Both the position numbers and the translations under genes were made by a program. DNA of 64,000 nucleotides from Oikopleura dioica (lineage: Eukaryota > Animalia > Chordata), in assembly GCA_907165135.1 (NCBI GenBank), contig OU015569.1, positions 5,828,001 through 5,892,000 of the forward strand, written 5' to 3'. Positions 1-13,021 of the stretch are shown in pieces. The notes beneath the pieces are model-generated. The model worked only from the letters and a program-made list of their open reading frames with translations. It did no database searches and was not told the origin of the DNA. Every line of letters starts with the position of its first letter. Position 1 is the stretch's first letter.

Positions 1-91
1 AATCGAGGGGGAAACTTGCTCCGACACCGACGATACCAGCAAGCGCACCGTTTCCGATTTTACATAGTAGCAACTCGTTCTCAGTTGGCAT
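1..91 (-). CDS. Mitochondrial carrier, glutamate carrier SLC25A22/18-like (5' part only; runs off the window start)
   Basis: Manual translation from ATG at 91: MPTENELLLCKIGNGALAGIVGVGASFPLD, resembling the first carrier helix and PxD signature (compare [20 protein letters not shown]). The ATG is preceded by TAAGA. Confidence 0.65.
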   Translation of the reverse strand, partial: MPTENELLLCKIGNGALAGIVGVGASFPLD

Positions 92-310
92 TCTTAAAAT
101 AACGAGAGTCAAATTAATGGTTAGAAAAGCGTCAGTCCCTGGCATTATAGACTTATACACATATATAAAAGTGAAACATTGAAACTTAAATTGAACTGAA
201 GTAAAAATCGATGTCAACGCTCGCTAATCAACAATACAAGCGCCAATAATCAGGCAGGCAGCTATTGAGAGTGAATTTCCTAATTTCGATCCAACTGTCG
301 TTCTTTTCAT

Positions 311-1560
311 CTATTCTTCTTTTCTTGTCCTCCGTCGTCGAGTTTTCTGACTTAATTGTGAATCCTTCTTTTTCTCTTGCTCTTCTTCCTCGGCGGGCGT
401 GTCTACTTTCTGCAAACATTGATATAGATACAAAATAGGTAAATTTGCTTTCTTACTTTATGTTGGCCGCTGACGGGTTTGCGCGGCGAGATGCAATCGG
501 ACACAAAGACGAGAACGGCACCCAAAAAGAGCCCAGTTATGATTGTGCACACTTTGTTTGAGTGTTTAACTTGGAGTCCCTGATTTCATCAAGTAATTAC
601 CTCCATAAATGATGTAGCTGACGAGGTCGCTGAAACCCATTTCCTTCGTGAGATAATCGTGCGTTATTTGCATGTAGGAGGAAAAGATGAAAAGCCAGGA
701 GATGAGCGACATAGTTATGCTATTTGGCTGCCGGTACCAGGGCAATGGATCGTACTGTTCGTACTTTTTCTCGCTGACGTAATCATGAAGGGCGTCAAAA
801 TTGCGACCTTAAGAAAGCCGTAGCAAAATTTTATCTATCTCGAACTGACCTTCGTCGTATTTTGTGCAGATTCCATCCAAGCAGTGGTAAACAGTAGGAA
901 GCGATGTAATCACAAATCGTCCGGCGAGACTGTGGTTGTGGGTAATATCCACGTTACCAACTTTTATGCCTTAAAACTTCATTGAAGCAAAACTCTTAAA
1001 TAACCGAAATCGGTTGACTCGACAGAATTCAAAATCAAAGACACGAGTGCTCGAATGCCTCAATTTGGAGACTACTTTTTCTCGAGGAAACCCATGATCC
1101 CAATGTTTTTGTGGGAGTGTCTCTGAATTGATTCCGTTGCTTTGGCATATTCACTATTTTCACAGGAGTATTTTTTACGCTTGTTTACACAAAGTTATCC
1201 ATTTCAAAATTAGAAGAAAAATGCGACTTGGATGTGGTGTCGACATGACTGTGGTATTCTAGTTTGATCTAGTCATGATATGGTCAGATAATTGTGGGAG
1301 GACAAAGTGTAATTTGAGACACGGCTCTTTTGCCGCCATGAACTTTTGTGTCAATCAGGCGGCTCCTGAAATCACATACCGAGTTCTGGAGCATATTCGC
1401 CCAACTTATTCCACTCGTTCTCGAATCGCTGACACGCTGGACACCAAGGAGCGGAGAATTCGATCATCCACTCTCCCTGCAAAGTTTGCCGCCAATTCGA
1501 ATCTGTCACATCGATTACGGCGCTGGCGACGGCACCAGCAATCAGCAGAAAGGGAATCAT
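311..1560 (-). CDS. TMX1: Thioredoxin-related transmembrane protein 1
   Basis: Signal peptide MIPFLLIAGAVASA, WMIEFSAPWCPAC active site, spliced GRFVITSLPTVYHC, TM helix GLFLGAVLVFVSDC and an acidic/basic tail ending RRRRTRKEE*. Confidence 0.85.
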
Positions 1561-1794
1561 TCTAGAGCCAAGGAACTCAGAGTTGGCGAAGCTTTTTTTG
1601 TCCACGCAAAGTTGCAGCGAAAGACTTTTTCGTCGGCCTAATGATTCACTAAAGCTACAATCGCCAAAACGAAATAAAAATCAACACCCCTGATTCGGAA
1701 AAGTATTCTCTCAATTTCTTAAGTTACACATGGGCCAAAAATTTATTACAAATATCCGTTGAAAAATCATAGATGATTGAGAAGGGCAGTAAAA

Positions 1795-3219
1795 TTAGTC
1801 CGAGTCCTCTGCGAGGACAGTCTGGCGACTTTGGAATGAGTATTGAGAAGCTGTATCTTCCATTTCTGAATCCATCATTCGGCCTCCGACATTTCGTTTA
1901 ATGCCGTAAAGAGAAGCGTCATTTGTTGAATCGTCGCTAAAAACGTAAATATAAAACAGTGATGTTTTAACTACTACCTGTCGGAGCTATCGCCGAAAAG
2001 CAAGTCCGCTCCACTACGGCTATTATTTAGCGACGCGAATTGACTAGAACTGGGCTGAAAAGAAGGCTGTTCAGGCTGATATTGACGTCGATTATAGGAT
2101 GACAAGTCGTATTGATCACGGGTCTCGGTTAGCCTTGATGCGTTCAGAATATCGGCCTGCGTTAGCATGAGAGGACTCTGAAGAATCCGTAAGTTGTCTA
2201 GACAAAAGTTTAAGCATTTTTACTCTTCTTCCGCTCCCACTCGCAGGGATTATTTCAGACTTAGTAGAGTCAAGGAAGGAATCGTCGCTGTGAACACGAG
2301 TTATATTGATTGTCTTTGATATGTCCGAGCTCAGTGTGGCTGTGACAATCGAAGAGATGAAATTGTCCGACTCAACTTTGAAAACCAAGGGACAACCTTG
2401 ACCCTCTTCGAAGACCTTAATATTTTACATTCTCACAGAAATGTAAGCATAAAGGAATTGTTACTTTTACTTCAGCATCTTCCATCAAATCTTCCCATAG
2501 TTTTACAGCTGCTCGAAGCTCTTTCAATGAAAACGTCAGATGGTCACTCATCGGCTGGAAGATCTCCAACTCTTCGGATGTTATCGCGACCTGGGACTTG
2601 ACACTCGATTTGACAGTGTTTTCATCGTACGATTTGAGATGCAGTTTTCCATCATCCATGTACATAGTCGCTTCCAGAATCCCGCGAGGAAAGGTAGAGA
2701 GTTCTCCATCGATTACTGACAGTGGGCAGACCATAAATGGAACTCTTTCCTCGAGGTCGAAAGTAGAAGCGAGGTTGTCCGGGTCATACACTTCGAAGTC
2801 GTAGTGTTTCGTCCAATGTTTCGTGCCGATGAATTTGTATGAAAAATGTTCCGCCGAGAAGTCGATTTCGATTTTATCAAGGAATTTCGAGATGTTCATA
2901 GCTGAAACTTTGATCAAGTAGCGCAGCGGGAGACTGATCTTGACATCATCGCAATACACGGATGTTTGTGATTGCGAAGTGTTGTAACTTTCGCTTATGT
3001 CGAAGAACTCGGGGGTAAGAATCATTTGCATACAAACTGATCGGGAGATATTTGACGTTTGAAGCTCAAATGATTGTTACGAAATTACATTGGAACTCAC
3101 TCGATTACCTTTAATCCTTGGACGTCATACGGCTCGATTTGAACGTGAGGACCAATTTTGACGAGGGTTTTTAGCGTTTTTACGAACTCCGTAATATTAT
3201 AATCAGGGACGATCCACAT
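1795..3219 (-). CDS. RAD9: RAD9 subunit of the 9-1-1 checkpoint clamp
   Basis: N-terminus FVKTLKTLVKIGPHVQIEP / SNISRSVCMQMILTPEFF, internal LTFSLKELRA, and C-terminal VLAEDSD* matching the RAD9 tail (PVLAEDSEGEG). Confidence 0.8.
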
Positions 3220-3280
3220 CTGAAATTTCGCCGTTCAGTTCGAAAATATGAAGATGGCTATATTTACATTTTTGACAGAA

Positions 3281-3719
3281 TTAGGTTTCCTTTTTTGATT
3301 CTTTGACGGCGTGGAGCAATATCTTCGTTTCCCTCTCAATTGCATAGGCAAAAGCTTAATTTTATTAAATAATTGATACTGATAATGAAGAATTATGGGG
3401 AGAATCTAATAATAAATCCAGCATCTAGAATACCTTCAAAGTCCCCTAGATGCCTGATCGCAGACTCGAAGTTTTTCAACGACTCATTCCACTTTTCCGA
3501 TTGTTTTTCCAAGTCAGACGCTTCTTGCTGTATCTTTCTGAATTCCTTGTCCACCTTTTTCTGGTTTGCGTATGCATGCTTCACTGGTAGGTTAACATCG
3601 ATTGCAAGCTCTTTAGCACTTTTACAGCTAGCATCAATCAGCTTTTTTTCGGCATTTTTGATTTTCTCATTTCTTGTCGCTAGTTGATGGTCATAATCGC
3701 GGATTATCGAGTGGAGCAT
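3281..3719 (-). CDS. BLOC1S1: BLOC-1 subunit 1
   Basis: VKHAYANQKKVDKE...NFESAIRHLGDFE plus a spliced last exon AFAYAIERETKILL; collinear with BLOC1S1/GCN5L1. Confidence 0.85.
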
Positions 3720-3829
3720 TCTAATGTCGGAAAATGAGCTCCTTTGGATTTACAGTTGAATTATTCTATCGAAAGCTCTGTAAACGTTTTCTATGGCAGT
3801 TTTTCCAAAAGCACTTTCGAATTTCATCA

Positions 3830-4522
3830 TCAGTCCACTCTTCCGAGATAATCGTCCATCAGCGACCCAATCGAGAAAATTTCGTTAACGTCTACTCGCG
3901 TCCCGACAATTTTAAGCCGAATTTCGTCGTCTGTAAAAATCCTGTATAATAATTAGGCTTTAACGTCATTCAAGGACCTTGTCTAATCGCTGTGTCTTCG
4001 TCTTTCGTCTTGTAGCAAGGAGGGTTAGAATCTGGATCGAACTCCATGTCAGAAGGTATGGAGTGCTGAAGAACACCATAGTTCGTGACAATCTCGCACT
4101 AGTACCTTTGAAATGAAGCAGGCCATTGGGCCAACATCCACCATGAGTCCGACTTTGTTCACTTGTGTAACTACCCCGTCCACGACTTCGCCCTTGAAAG
4201 GACGAAAGACAATCGCCTAATAAATAATTAGCCAATGAAATCTTACACATAAGAACTCACCGCGTATTTAATTGGGAAAAGGCAAAATCCTCTCCCCGCC
4301 AGAATCTCTCCATCACCAATGCTGTGAATATTCGTGACACCGATCACAAATCCATGTTCTCCAGTACAGGAGCCTTCTACTTCACTGAATTTGAGCACTT
4401 AGAATTGCCGAGATCCCGAGAATATACCTGTAAAGTTTTTGTCGAATCGTATCAGTGAGATTCTCTCCAAAGTACATCGGATGGATTAAAAGCTCATGTT
4501 CGAGATCAATATGGTAAAACAT
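3830..4522 (-). CDS. POLR2G: RNA polymerase II subunit RPB7
   Basis: Manual splice: [19 protein letters not shown]...[17 protein letters not shown]...[14 protein letters not shown]. Confidence 0.95.
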
Positions 4523-4592
4523 TCTAAGAAGAGAGCTCCTGTCAAATATCATTTCATTTTGCCAGAATAAATAGTTTCAGGAGCAGGGAATA

Positions 4593-4870
4593 TTAAGAAA
4601 GAACTTTCAGAACTGGGCATTCTCCCTCGCATCGCATAATAGGGCACTTTGTCATGTTCTCGCAGCCGAAAAACGTCTGGATTCGCTTCTTTGCAAGCTG
4701 TGGGTCTCTGCCCTAAATTTAACGGAATTGAACTAAAGATAGCAAAATTAAAAGTATACCCAGACACCAAGCTCAGAAGTAAGCTGAACACTTCCAACAA
4801 AAAGGCCGACTTTAGCACCGAAGACAGCAGTTTTGCCAGTGAAGCGAACAAGCGATCCGACAAAACCCAT
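4593..4870 (-). CDS. Small protein, possibly MICOS subunit MIC13/QIL1-like
   Basis: Two exons joined by a GT-AG intron: MGFVGSLVRFTGKTAVFGAKVGLFVGSVQLTSELGVWGRDPQLAKK...; hydrophobic helix followed by GVWG as in QIL1 proteins. Similarity is weak. Confidence 0.4.
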
Positions 4871-4927
4871 TCTATGCAAATAAGCACTTAGGCAAAGGTA
4901 TAACTTATAGGGCCTATAAGCATTATT

Positions 4928-6596
4928 TTATTCATCGTCAGAGAAGTCTATATCTTCTATGTCGGGAAGTGGAAACCTTTTTTGGGATGAATCGATTCCT
5001 CAAATAAGATAGATTTGAAGTCGAGATAGAAATGCTATCCGATCCTGAGAATGGCTGCGATTCCAGTGAGATTCGCGAGCTGAATGCCAGATGGATGGAG
5101 AGAACTCAAAATATAAACATTTGCCCCAGCAGCTTGCGCGCGCTCGGAAAGCTTCACATATCTTCGTCTTCGATTCACGTCAAAGCATCGGAATAGTGAA
5201 TCAGTCATCAAAAGTGTATCTATTGCTTGTAACTCGCAAGCCTTTTCAACCTGAAAAATAATTAAATCTGCCCGAATGAAAGATATTATTTATAAATAAT
5301 TTACAATTTTTGTTGGTGAAAAACGAACAGTCTGTATCAAAAGAAGAGAATTCTCAAACACAATAGTTTCGAGTGAAACATTTCAACATATGTTTTTTTA
5401 ATATCCGCCACAACCCAAGCCATCTCAGTGGAATCATTTGACTGAATAGCAATACCCCGCGAGGCGTTAAAAAGTTCAATAAATTCAAAAAAATCGGTCT
5501 ACTAGTAACAGACTATTACCTGTTTTGTTCCATAAAAGGCGCGATCCCCGTCGTCGAGAAGTGTCTGCTGAAATGTTTCAAATGCCTTCGTTTCTTTTGC
5601 TGCTTTTGTATCTTCTAGGCGGCGGGCGACACCAGGGTCTTGGAGGACTTCCATAAGGGAGTGCTTGTATCCGGAGGAGCTTCTGCAGGAAACAAATTTC
5701 GCGCGATGTTCGATGAATTTCTTGTTTTCTTCGTTTTGGATGAACATGTATTCCATGAACTCTTCGCGCACGAAACCAGGAGAAGCGATAATGATACATT
5801 TTAAACGATCAAAATCAAAATTAGTCTTCATCGCAGTGGCTACATTTTTGAAGAACTTCTTCATCGACTCTTCGTGTTTGTCTGGTCGTCGTTTTCCTTG
5901 AATTGAGGTCTGTATTTTTTGCTTCACCACTGTCAGCGCACTGAGAACTTGCAAGGAATAGACTCTAACCTTTCTCATTATCTATATATAAAAATTGATT
6001 CCTCTCCTAAACACACGTGTGCCAGACCTTCTTCCATCACCACAGCCCCTACTTCTGCTTTCAAATTCATATCTGTCGCTTCTTTGATTCTCCGTAATGT
6101 TATCGAGTCCCACTCGTCCTATTCTGTATTGACGTCAAGCCGATGGAAATTCTTCCTACCTTGTAAATTGTAAAACGTCGGCCCAACTCGAGGTCTATCG
6201 TGTGGTACTGTCCGATATTAACGAACTCATTCTGCTCCGTATTTGTCCCTTTCATCGACAAGCAACAGACAGTTTGATCGAAATCGAGTGTTTCGATTTT
6301 GATTGTCAACTTGAAATGTTTCCTCTCGGTCGTACGAAGTCCAGTAGACGACTCTTTCTTCACGTTTCGAACTGTCGAAGCTTCCACTCGGTCGCCAGCC
6401 TGAAGCATATTGTACACATGCCAAAGATCTTCCAAGGACTTTTTTATAAGACCAAATGCCGGAGAAAACGATTCTCGCCCAGTTAGTTAACATAATAGAA
6501 TTTATGCATCTGCAAGTCCTTTCCCTCAGGTTCTTCTGCGGTGAGAACGATCTTACCCGATTTATTTTTCGTTAGTTCGCGGTGGTGCACTTTCAT
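4928..6596 (-). CDS. PELO: Pelota, ribosome rescue factor
   Basis: MKVHHRELTKNKSGKIVLTAEEPEDLWHVYN..., KCIIIASPGFVREEF, SSGYKHSLMEVL, QLANLTGIAAILRFPLPD; needs two GA-AG introns. Confidence 0.95.
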
Positions 6597-6830
6597 TTCT
6601 GAACAGAAAATATGCATGAGAGTATTTTCGGAACGATTTACATAAGTTTATTGCACGTAGTAGTGAGACACCGCAGTTTTTTAGAATTAATCACGGATAA
6701 AAACGAAAAAATAGGAAAACAAGTTAATCGGCAAACAATTTCCGATGTAAACTTAAGAGTGTTGAATAGGCAAAGCAGAATACAGAAAATTATGAGTGTT
6801 TGTTTGAAAAATAAGAAAAGGACAATAATA

Positions 6831-8056
6831 CTAATTATCTCCAACATTCACATCGACTCCGACGTCAGCGTTATGAATATTGGGATTGTTGATTGGGTCC
6901 AAGAAGGGATCGTGGTCGGCGCGAGATCGACCAACCTAGCAAATAAATGCGGTGAGAGTCAATATTCTAAGAAGTCGATTACCTTGGTCAGGAAGAACAG
7001 AACTGTGAAAACGCCAATGACCGCGATAAATATCATGAACAAAGTCTTTTGGGTAATATCGGTATCGTCCTGAAAAAAAAATCGATCAACTGATGAGATT
7101 ATAGTGATAGCTTACCCTGTATTTAGGATGGATTTCGTGGGCTTTGATCAATTTTGACAAGAAGCCTGTAGGTTTTCTCCTGGCGTATTTATTCTCATCG
7201 GGATCCTCATTATCTACCGGCAAGGCCACTTCCTTTGAAGCGTAGTCAAGCTGAAAAGTTTCTTGGTGTGTAGCTCGTCTTTAGTATCTTACTTGACGCT
7301 TGAGCTTTTCTCTATTTGTCACTTCGGACTCGGTCAGGGCATGCGTGCTTACAGGAGTAGAAGTGCAGAGGGGAGTCGCGATTCGATTCTTAATTTTGGC
7401 TCAACTTCTTGGGTTCAAGCAAAGTTAGTTACGTTAACAGGATTGAAGGTCTCTGGCGCGTCCCAAGATTTCAACGAACTATTGTTATTGTTTTTCTCCT
7501 CCTCTTCGTCTGCTTCAGGGATGAGTGGGAGACCAAGGCCTACACGAGCCCAAGAAGCTGTCTTCAGTCGCTCGCGCAACGCTTCCGCCACTGGACCAGC
7601 TTGATTTTCCGGTGGAAAGACTGGCCCAGAGCAAATCGGACAGCGGAATCCTCCGGGTGCAGTATTCGATGGATACTCGGAGAATTTTTGACTCAGCGCA
7701 GGCCAGTCAAAGACGTCTAGATATTATGAATAATTTCCGCTTTAGAGATAAATATACATTCGAAATTTTAATATATTGCCATGATATCATATTTACGGTA
7801 GCAAATCAGCCGAACTGGATCAATATCTTCGAGTGGCTTTCCAGATACCGCGCATGTCGGGTCGTAGTCAGAGTCTTTCAGCCAGTTCAAGTATGACTGG
7901 ACTACACACTTAAATCAGTCGATAAATCTCTGAGAAAATACGTAAAAGTAAAACCTTTGGATATCTCTCCACGATACAATATTCACAGACATTGACACGA
8001 TGCTCGTAACAGAATAGATTCGTGACTTTTCGCTTCGGACATTTACAGAGACCCAT
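6831..8056 (-). CDS. ZFPL1: Zinc finger protein-like 1 (cis-Golgi B-box/RING membrane protein)
   Basis: [44 protein letters not shown] helix and C-terminal [13 protein letters not shown]. Confidence 0.95.
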
Positions 8057-8136
8057 TACAGTCTAAAATAATTGAAAAGCAATTAGATGTGCCTGGAAGT
8101 TCAGGGGTGCCTTATCAGCAGCAATACATTCTACAG

Positions 8137-10233
8137 TCAGTTGTTCATTTCATCATCTTCGTTAAATAGACGAGTAACTTCCTTTGTCATTATAACATTA
8201 TTTTCCAGCAGGTTCAAAACAATCTGCAAAGTTGTGTCCAGATCACAGCCTTCATTGACCAAATCAGCCACTTTCACATACTTCGGGTATTTTACCGTAA
8301 GAACGTCAAAAACAGCGGCCCCATCCTCGCTTATTTCGTACGATTTCAATTCTTCCTTCTTGTAAATTCTAAGGAAAAAATCTGAACTGCCGAAAATGAC
8401 ATAGAGTAGTACCTAGGGTTGTCATTACTGTGGCAAAGGATAATCTCATTATCCTCGCCCATAATGACTCGTGCAGATTGTTGCCGTAAGAGGCGAATTT
8501 CAGTGTCTTCATCAAGCTTGTAGCAAGTATTCTTGACGACGCCATTTTCAACAATTGGCTTTCCCCCTAACGAATATTTAAATCATGCTGTTTTTTTGTA
8601 AAAATCGACTCCTACATTGGACAGTTCTGTTCGCTTCGTCCTTGGATAGCACCGGTGGAAGGGCGCAATGAGTGTCATTCTTCGCTAATTCATCGCATGC
8701 TTTATCCACATCTGCGTACTGAATCATGTTCTGCATGAGAGACATGACGACATTGCTGAATTGCTCTCGCTCGGCAGCTCGATCTTCTCGATCACTATTG
8801 GACACGCCCATGATGAGCTTGTAGTCTGTCGGAAGGCCTCGCCGGAACTCAACGTTTTCTTTTATGGCAGTGGACTTTTTATGGCTCAAGCAATATTTCT
8901 CCCGCAGAAGTATACGATCATTATCGTTGAGCCCTACACAACGCTTGCGGTACGATTTTTTCAAGAAGATCACACCATGCGTTCTTCTGATATGTCGAAA
9001 TTGTAACATGGAGAGAGTGCTCGCCAGCCAGGCATTCGCCCTGATGAAGCCACCCTCTTGGAACATAAAGTACATCGCCAGGTTGGATTATTTCATAGAT
9101 CTCCGGTTCATGTTTAATTTCGTTCGGGTGGAAGTTCCGCGATGAAGTTCGGGGGAGTTCTTTGTTTTCGAATGGCGCCCAAACTTTCCACCTCTTTCTT
9201 CCCTCAGTCTTAGAAAAAGTAACTACAAATAACAAAGATTTAAGTTGTCTACCTGAACCATGAACACCTCTACGTCATCGTAATGCGGAGCAAACCCTGT
9301 TGTACTAGGAGGTGTCAGGTAAGTATTAGAACCGGTGAAGCAACCGAAGAACTCCTGAAGTCCCTGGCAGACACTCCAAATAGACTTAGAGTAAGTCTGT
9401 GGGTTGAGCATTCGTACAGAGCAACCATTGTTGTACATGTCCCACACTTTCGAAGGCCACGCTCGTCCAGGCTCATTGTGAGTCTGTCGGCCATTCTTTT
9501 TGTCCCATGATGTGACGTCGATATTAACACTGAATAAAATTTTAAGGGTTAAAAATGCAATCTAAATTACCCAAATTGAACGGGATTATTTTGGATAATA
9601 TTGGCAAGCTGCGATGTACTGAAGAGGCTATTGTTATAGTCGGCCTTATTCCGTCGAATGAGAACGGCCTTCTTTTCCCAGTAGTTTAGCATGAAGTCTT
9701 CGACGTCCATTGGCCAGATCATCCACTGGAACAGACGGGCAGAATCCTTCAATGAGTCTGATACAGAGGTAGGTATAGGCATGGTAGGTGGTCTCAATAA
9801 TTTGCTTTTCTTTGGCATGTTCGAGGAGCTGGGCTCTTCAGAGATCGATGCAAGGTCAGAATCAAGTGTTTCTTCAGAGGCTTCCTGGTTGATTTCGGAT
9901 GGAAGACTTTCCGGCTCGATAGTTTCCTCAGTTCCGTTAGTCTTTCCATTCTTTGACGCTTTTTCTCGAGCGAAAATTGCTCTCATAGCGCTCATCTCAT
10001 CACACTGCTCTGATTGGGTTCCAGAAGATCCAGTCTGAAGCTCATCCTTTTCTACGATTGCTTCAGTTACCGGGACATTTTTATTTTTCTTTCGTTTCTC
10101 TTTTGAAAATTACTTTACCATGAAATAACTAGAACGACTTACTTTTGCCCGATTTCTGAGCGTCCATCACAGGCTTTTTCTCTGGCGGTTCAATGGCCGC
10201 CGCCAAAGAAAAAGCCGATCGACGCTTCTTCAT
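8137..10233 (-). CDS. RIOX1: Ribosomal oxygenase 1 / NO66 JmjC hydroxylase
   Basis: NYWEKKAVLIRR, GSNTYLTPPSTTGFAPHYDDVEVF, PGDVLYVPRGWLHQ, HSLHVTIST; basic low-complexity N-terminus. Confidence 0.9.
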
Positions 10234-10303
10234 TTTTTTGCAGTCTAAATACAAATTTCTTTACTTATTTGAATCCGATAAGAATATAACACGCACAGAC
10301 AAA

Positions 10304-11360
10304 TCAAATGGACTTAATGCCCGATACAGAACAAATTGTTTCGAAACTGATCCAAAAGGTAAGAGACCATGGACCCATCCGCAACCAGCACGGTAAAAAC
10401 CCCTTATAAAGGGAGAAAAACCCTTAAAATCGGGATTAATATCAGCCCAACGTGGCATCGAATACCTTCATTTTTTATCGCTTGGAGCAAACAATCCATA
10501 CTTCCTTTATAATAAACTCCTATGCCATTTTTGTCGAGGGGCTGATTCATTATTCGCGTTTTTATGACATCAGCTGGAGTACCAAGGATTGCAGAGACTA
10601 AGCCAGCAGACATGGAGGCCAAGAAGTAGGTGAAATAGGAATCGGTCAGCCCCCATCTTAGGTCAGTTATAAATCATTCTTAGGACAACGATAATACCTG
10701 AGGAAAGTGTTCTTGGAAGTATCATACGCGGTGAGATCACCAAGATTGACTAATGCAGCACGCTGCGCATTTGGAATAGCTCCAGCCATAAACGCTCGCC
10801 ATCCACCTGCTCGCAAAGTGCTTTTAAAAAAGGCTGAGAATTGGAGTTTATCAACAGTCGGAGGCAGCCCTTGAAGACGTCTCTTCCCTTCGTTTTGCAT
10901 TTTAACCTAAGACTTTCAACAGATCTTTGATAGAAGAATCGAACCTTGATGAGATCGAACGGATTTGAGACGACTTGCGCGAAGGCGCCACATGACATGC
11001 CAAGGACAGCTGTGGAAAAAAGAGAAGGACGCTCGCCGAGGTGCGGTCTCAATGCTTGATAGCCACACATTCGGATGCCCGAATACGGAATGTGTCGATA
11101 GATTGCAGGAGACATGCCAAAATACAATTTACTTATCCCTTCTTTAAGCACGACTTCTTTGCAAACAGCGAAAAGACCTTGTTTCCGACCATACTGAACA
11201 TTTCTCTCGCCTTGAAGTTGTAGGCGAGTCTTGGCTACGCAAGATGTTCATGGCTTTTATAAAAGAAACTCTCTTCACCTAGATCAAGAGGATAAGTAGC
11301 GAACTCCGCACAACAGGCTCCGCCTATGCTGCTCAAGTAACGAGTCGTAAAGTCATTCAT
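10304..11360 (-). CDS. SLC25A27: Mitochondrial uncoupling protein 4-like carrier
   Basis: [86 protein letters not shown]. Confidence 0.9.
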
Positions 11361-11459
11361 ATCATCTTTTACTGAAGAGCGATGTTCAAGTAAGTTTTTT
11401 TAAAACTGATTTATTAAAAATAATATTTGCAGATAGAAAAATATAGTTAATATGCTGGA

Positions 11460-12065
11460 TTATTTTGAGCCAGTAAGATTGATCAGGGCGTCGACAGGAG
11501 ATCTGTTTTCTTGAAGAGATTTTATGGCGTCGTTTCGACTAACTCCAGTGATTCCCATCAAATGAGTTATGTCTTCTTCTCGTAGATCGCCTTTTTCAAG
11601 CGTTTCTGTTCCGAGGACCATTCCTTTTGCTTCTGATTGCTCTCCTTTTTTCTTTTCGAGCATTTCGACATAGTTTTCGGCAGTAACAACTTTGCCATTG
11701 AGGATAACTTTCATCGATTTCTTCTCCGTCCGTGTAATCCTCGCAATTTTGTGTTCAAGACTTTCCCACGCCATTTTTGGACAACATTGAATTTCAGTTT
11801 TCTTTTTACGGACTTTCAAATGAATAGTCGCGCAGTGGTCGCATTTGTGGTTGGGCGAGAATTTTCCAATCTTTTGGCAGACTTTTCTATGCGAAGGCCA
11901 GCTCAGCTCCTGACACTTTCTTACAAATTGTCAGTTACAATATTCGATATCCATAGTTCGCTATTAAATTTACCTTGAGCAGTATCTTGATTTGCAGGCT
12001 GCGCATTGAAAGGGACTTTCATCTTTGCTGCAGTATGTGCAAAAGAGCGTTTCATCCTGATCCAT
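11460..12065 (-). CDS. MYND zinc-finger protein with C-terminal HYPK/NAC-type UBA-like domain
   Basis: Spliced N-terminus CTYC...CAACKSRYCSRKCQELSWPSHRKVC (MYND pattern); C-terminus LREEDITHLMGITGVSRNDAIKSLQENRSPVDALINL resembles the HYPK/NACA UBA. Confidence 0.6.
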
Positions 12066-12213
12066 TGAGTCTAAAAGTTATCATTTTTCGACGAAGCACC
12101 GAAAGAAAGCCCTATTTTTAGGCAGTGACTTGGAACAGAAATTGATAGGAAACGGAGAGTAGAATAGAATCATGATCACACTGATCAATGAAGAAAAAAT
12201 TCAGACAGAAAAA

Positions 12214-12908
12214 TTAGTTTTCATCCATCTTCTCGGTAGGCTTTGGAAGTTGATTTATTATAGAATCAGCAGTCGTTGTTGATGTCATTTGAGTGGCACT
12301 AGATCTCTCGGAAGCAGTTGTGATGTCCGTGACGAGGGTGCCATCAGATTTTACGGAACTGAGCCCAGAGAGAGTGGATTTCTCCGATCCGAGAACACTT
12401 GAAGAGGCAGCCGACTTGACGGACTCTTTGTGAGAGCTATAACGGTATAAGATAACAATTCCTAAATATATTTTCACCTATTAACCGAGACTTCTGATCT
12501 CTCCTCGTCGCCCTCCATCAAATCGCCAAGTTCAGGAACTACCTTTTTCATCGCCCGCTTGAAAGCGCCATCAATTGCATCAATTCTTTCGGCGGCTTCG
12601 GACTCTTTTAGTTTTGGTTAGCTTCATTGATTCGTTTGAATGTATTACCAGACATAAAGGAGGTTTTTCTCGATCTTGTTGCTCCGTCGTCATTCGATTG
12701 AATAAGAATAGGTTCTAGTTTTACTTTAATAATGCACATTTGCATATTTTAATATACCAGTTTGTCTATTATTTTGGTTCGCGAAGGGACTCTTGTGCCC
12801 CTTCGCTTTCATGATTCCGGTAAAGCGCGCGTTGATCGACAGTTTCTGCTCATTTTTAATGACGATTTTAAATGCCTGCCTCGATGGCTTTGGTTGAATA
12901 AGCGACAT
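12214..12908 (-). CDS. Uncharacterised protein with a CHTOP-like N-terminal motif and Ser/Thr-rich tail
   Basis: KIVIKNEQKLSINARFTGIMKAK resembles the CHTOP N-terminus ([23 protein letters not shown]); no RGG tract seen; exons end at PTEKMDEN*. Confidence 0.4.
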
Positions 12909-13021
12909 AACGACTTTTTCTAAAAAGCAGATTCTATTTAGAGGAATCGAAGATTGCTGTTTTCTCGAATGAATTGTTTTTGAAGAAAAGAAGTGTTAGA
13001 GTGTGAAGAGAACGGTAAGAA

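Noticed and set aside
968-1377. Long first intron of TMX1 as a possible ncRNA or nested gene host
   Set aside because: Only a weak CATGACT/AGTCATG stem and no coherent ORF or snoRNA boxes.
6612-7073. 153-aa plus-strand ORF
   Set aside because: It is the antisense shadow of the ZFPL1 last exons and 3' region, with no recognisable motif.
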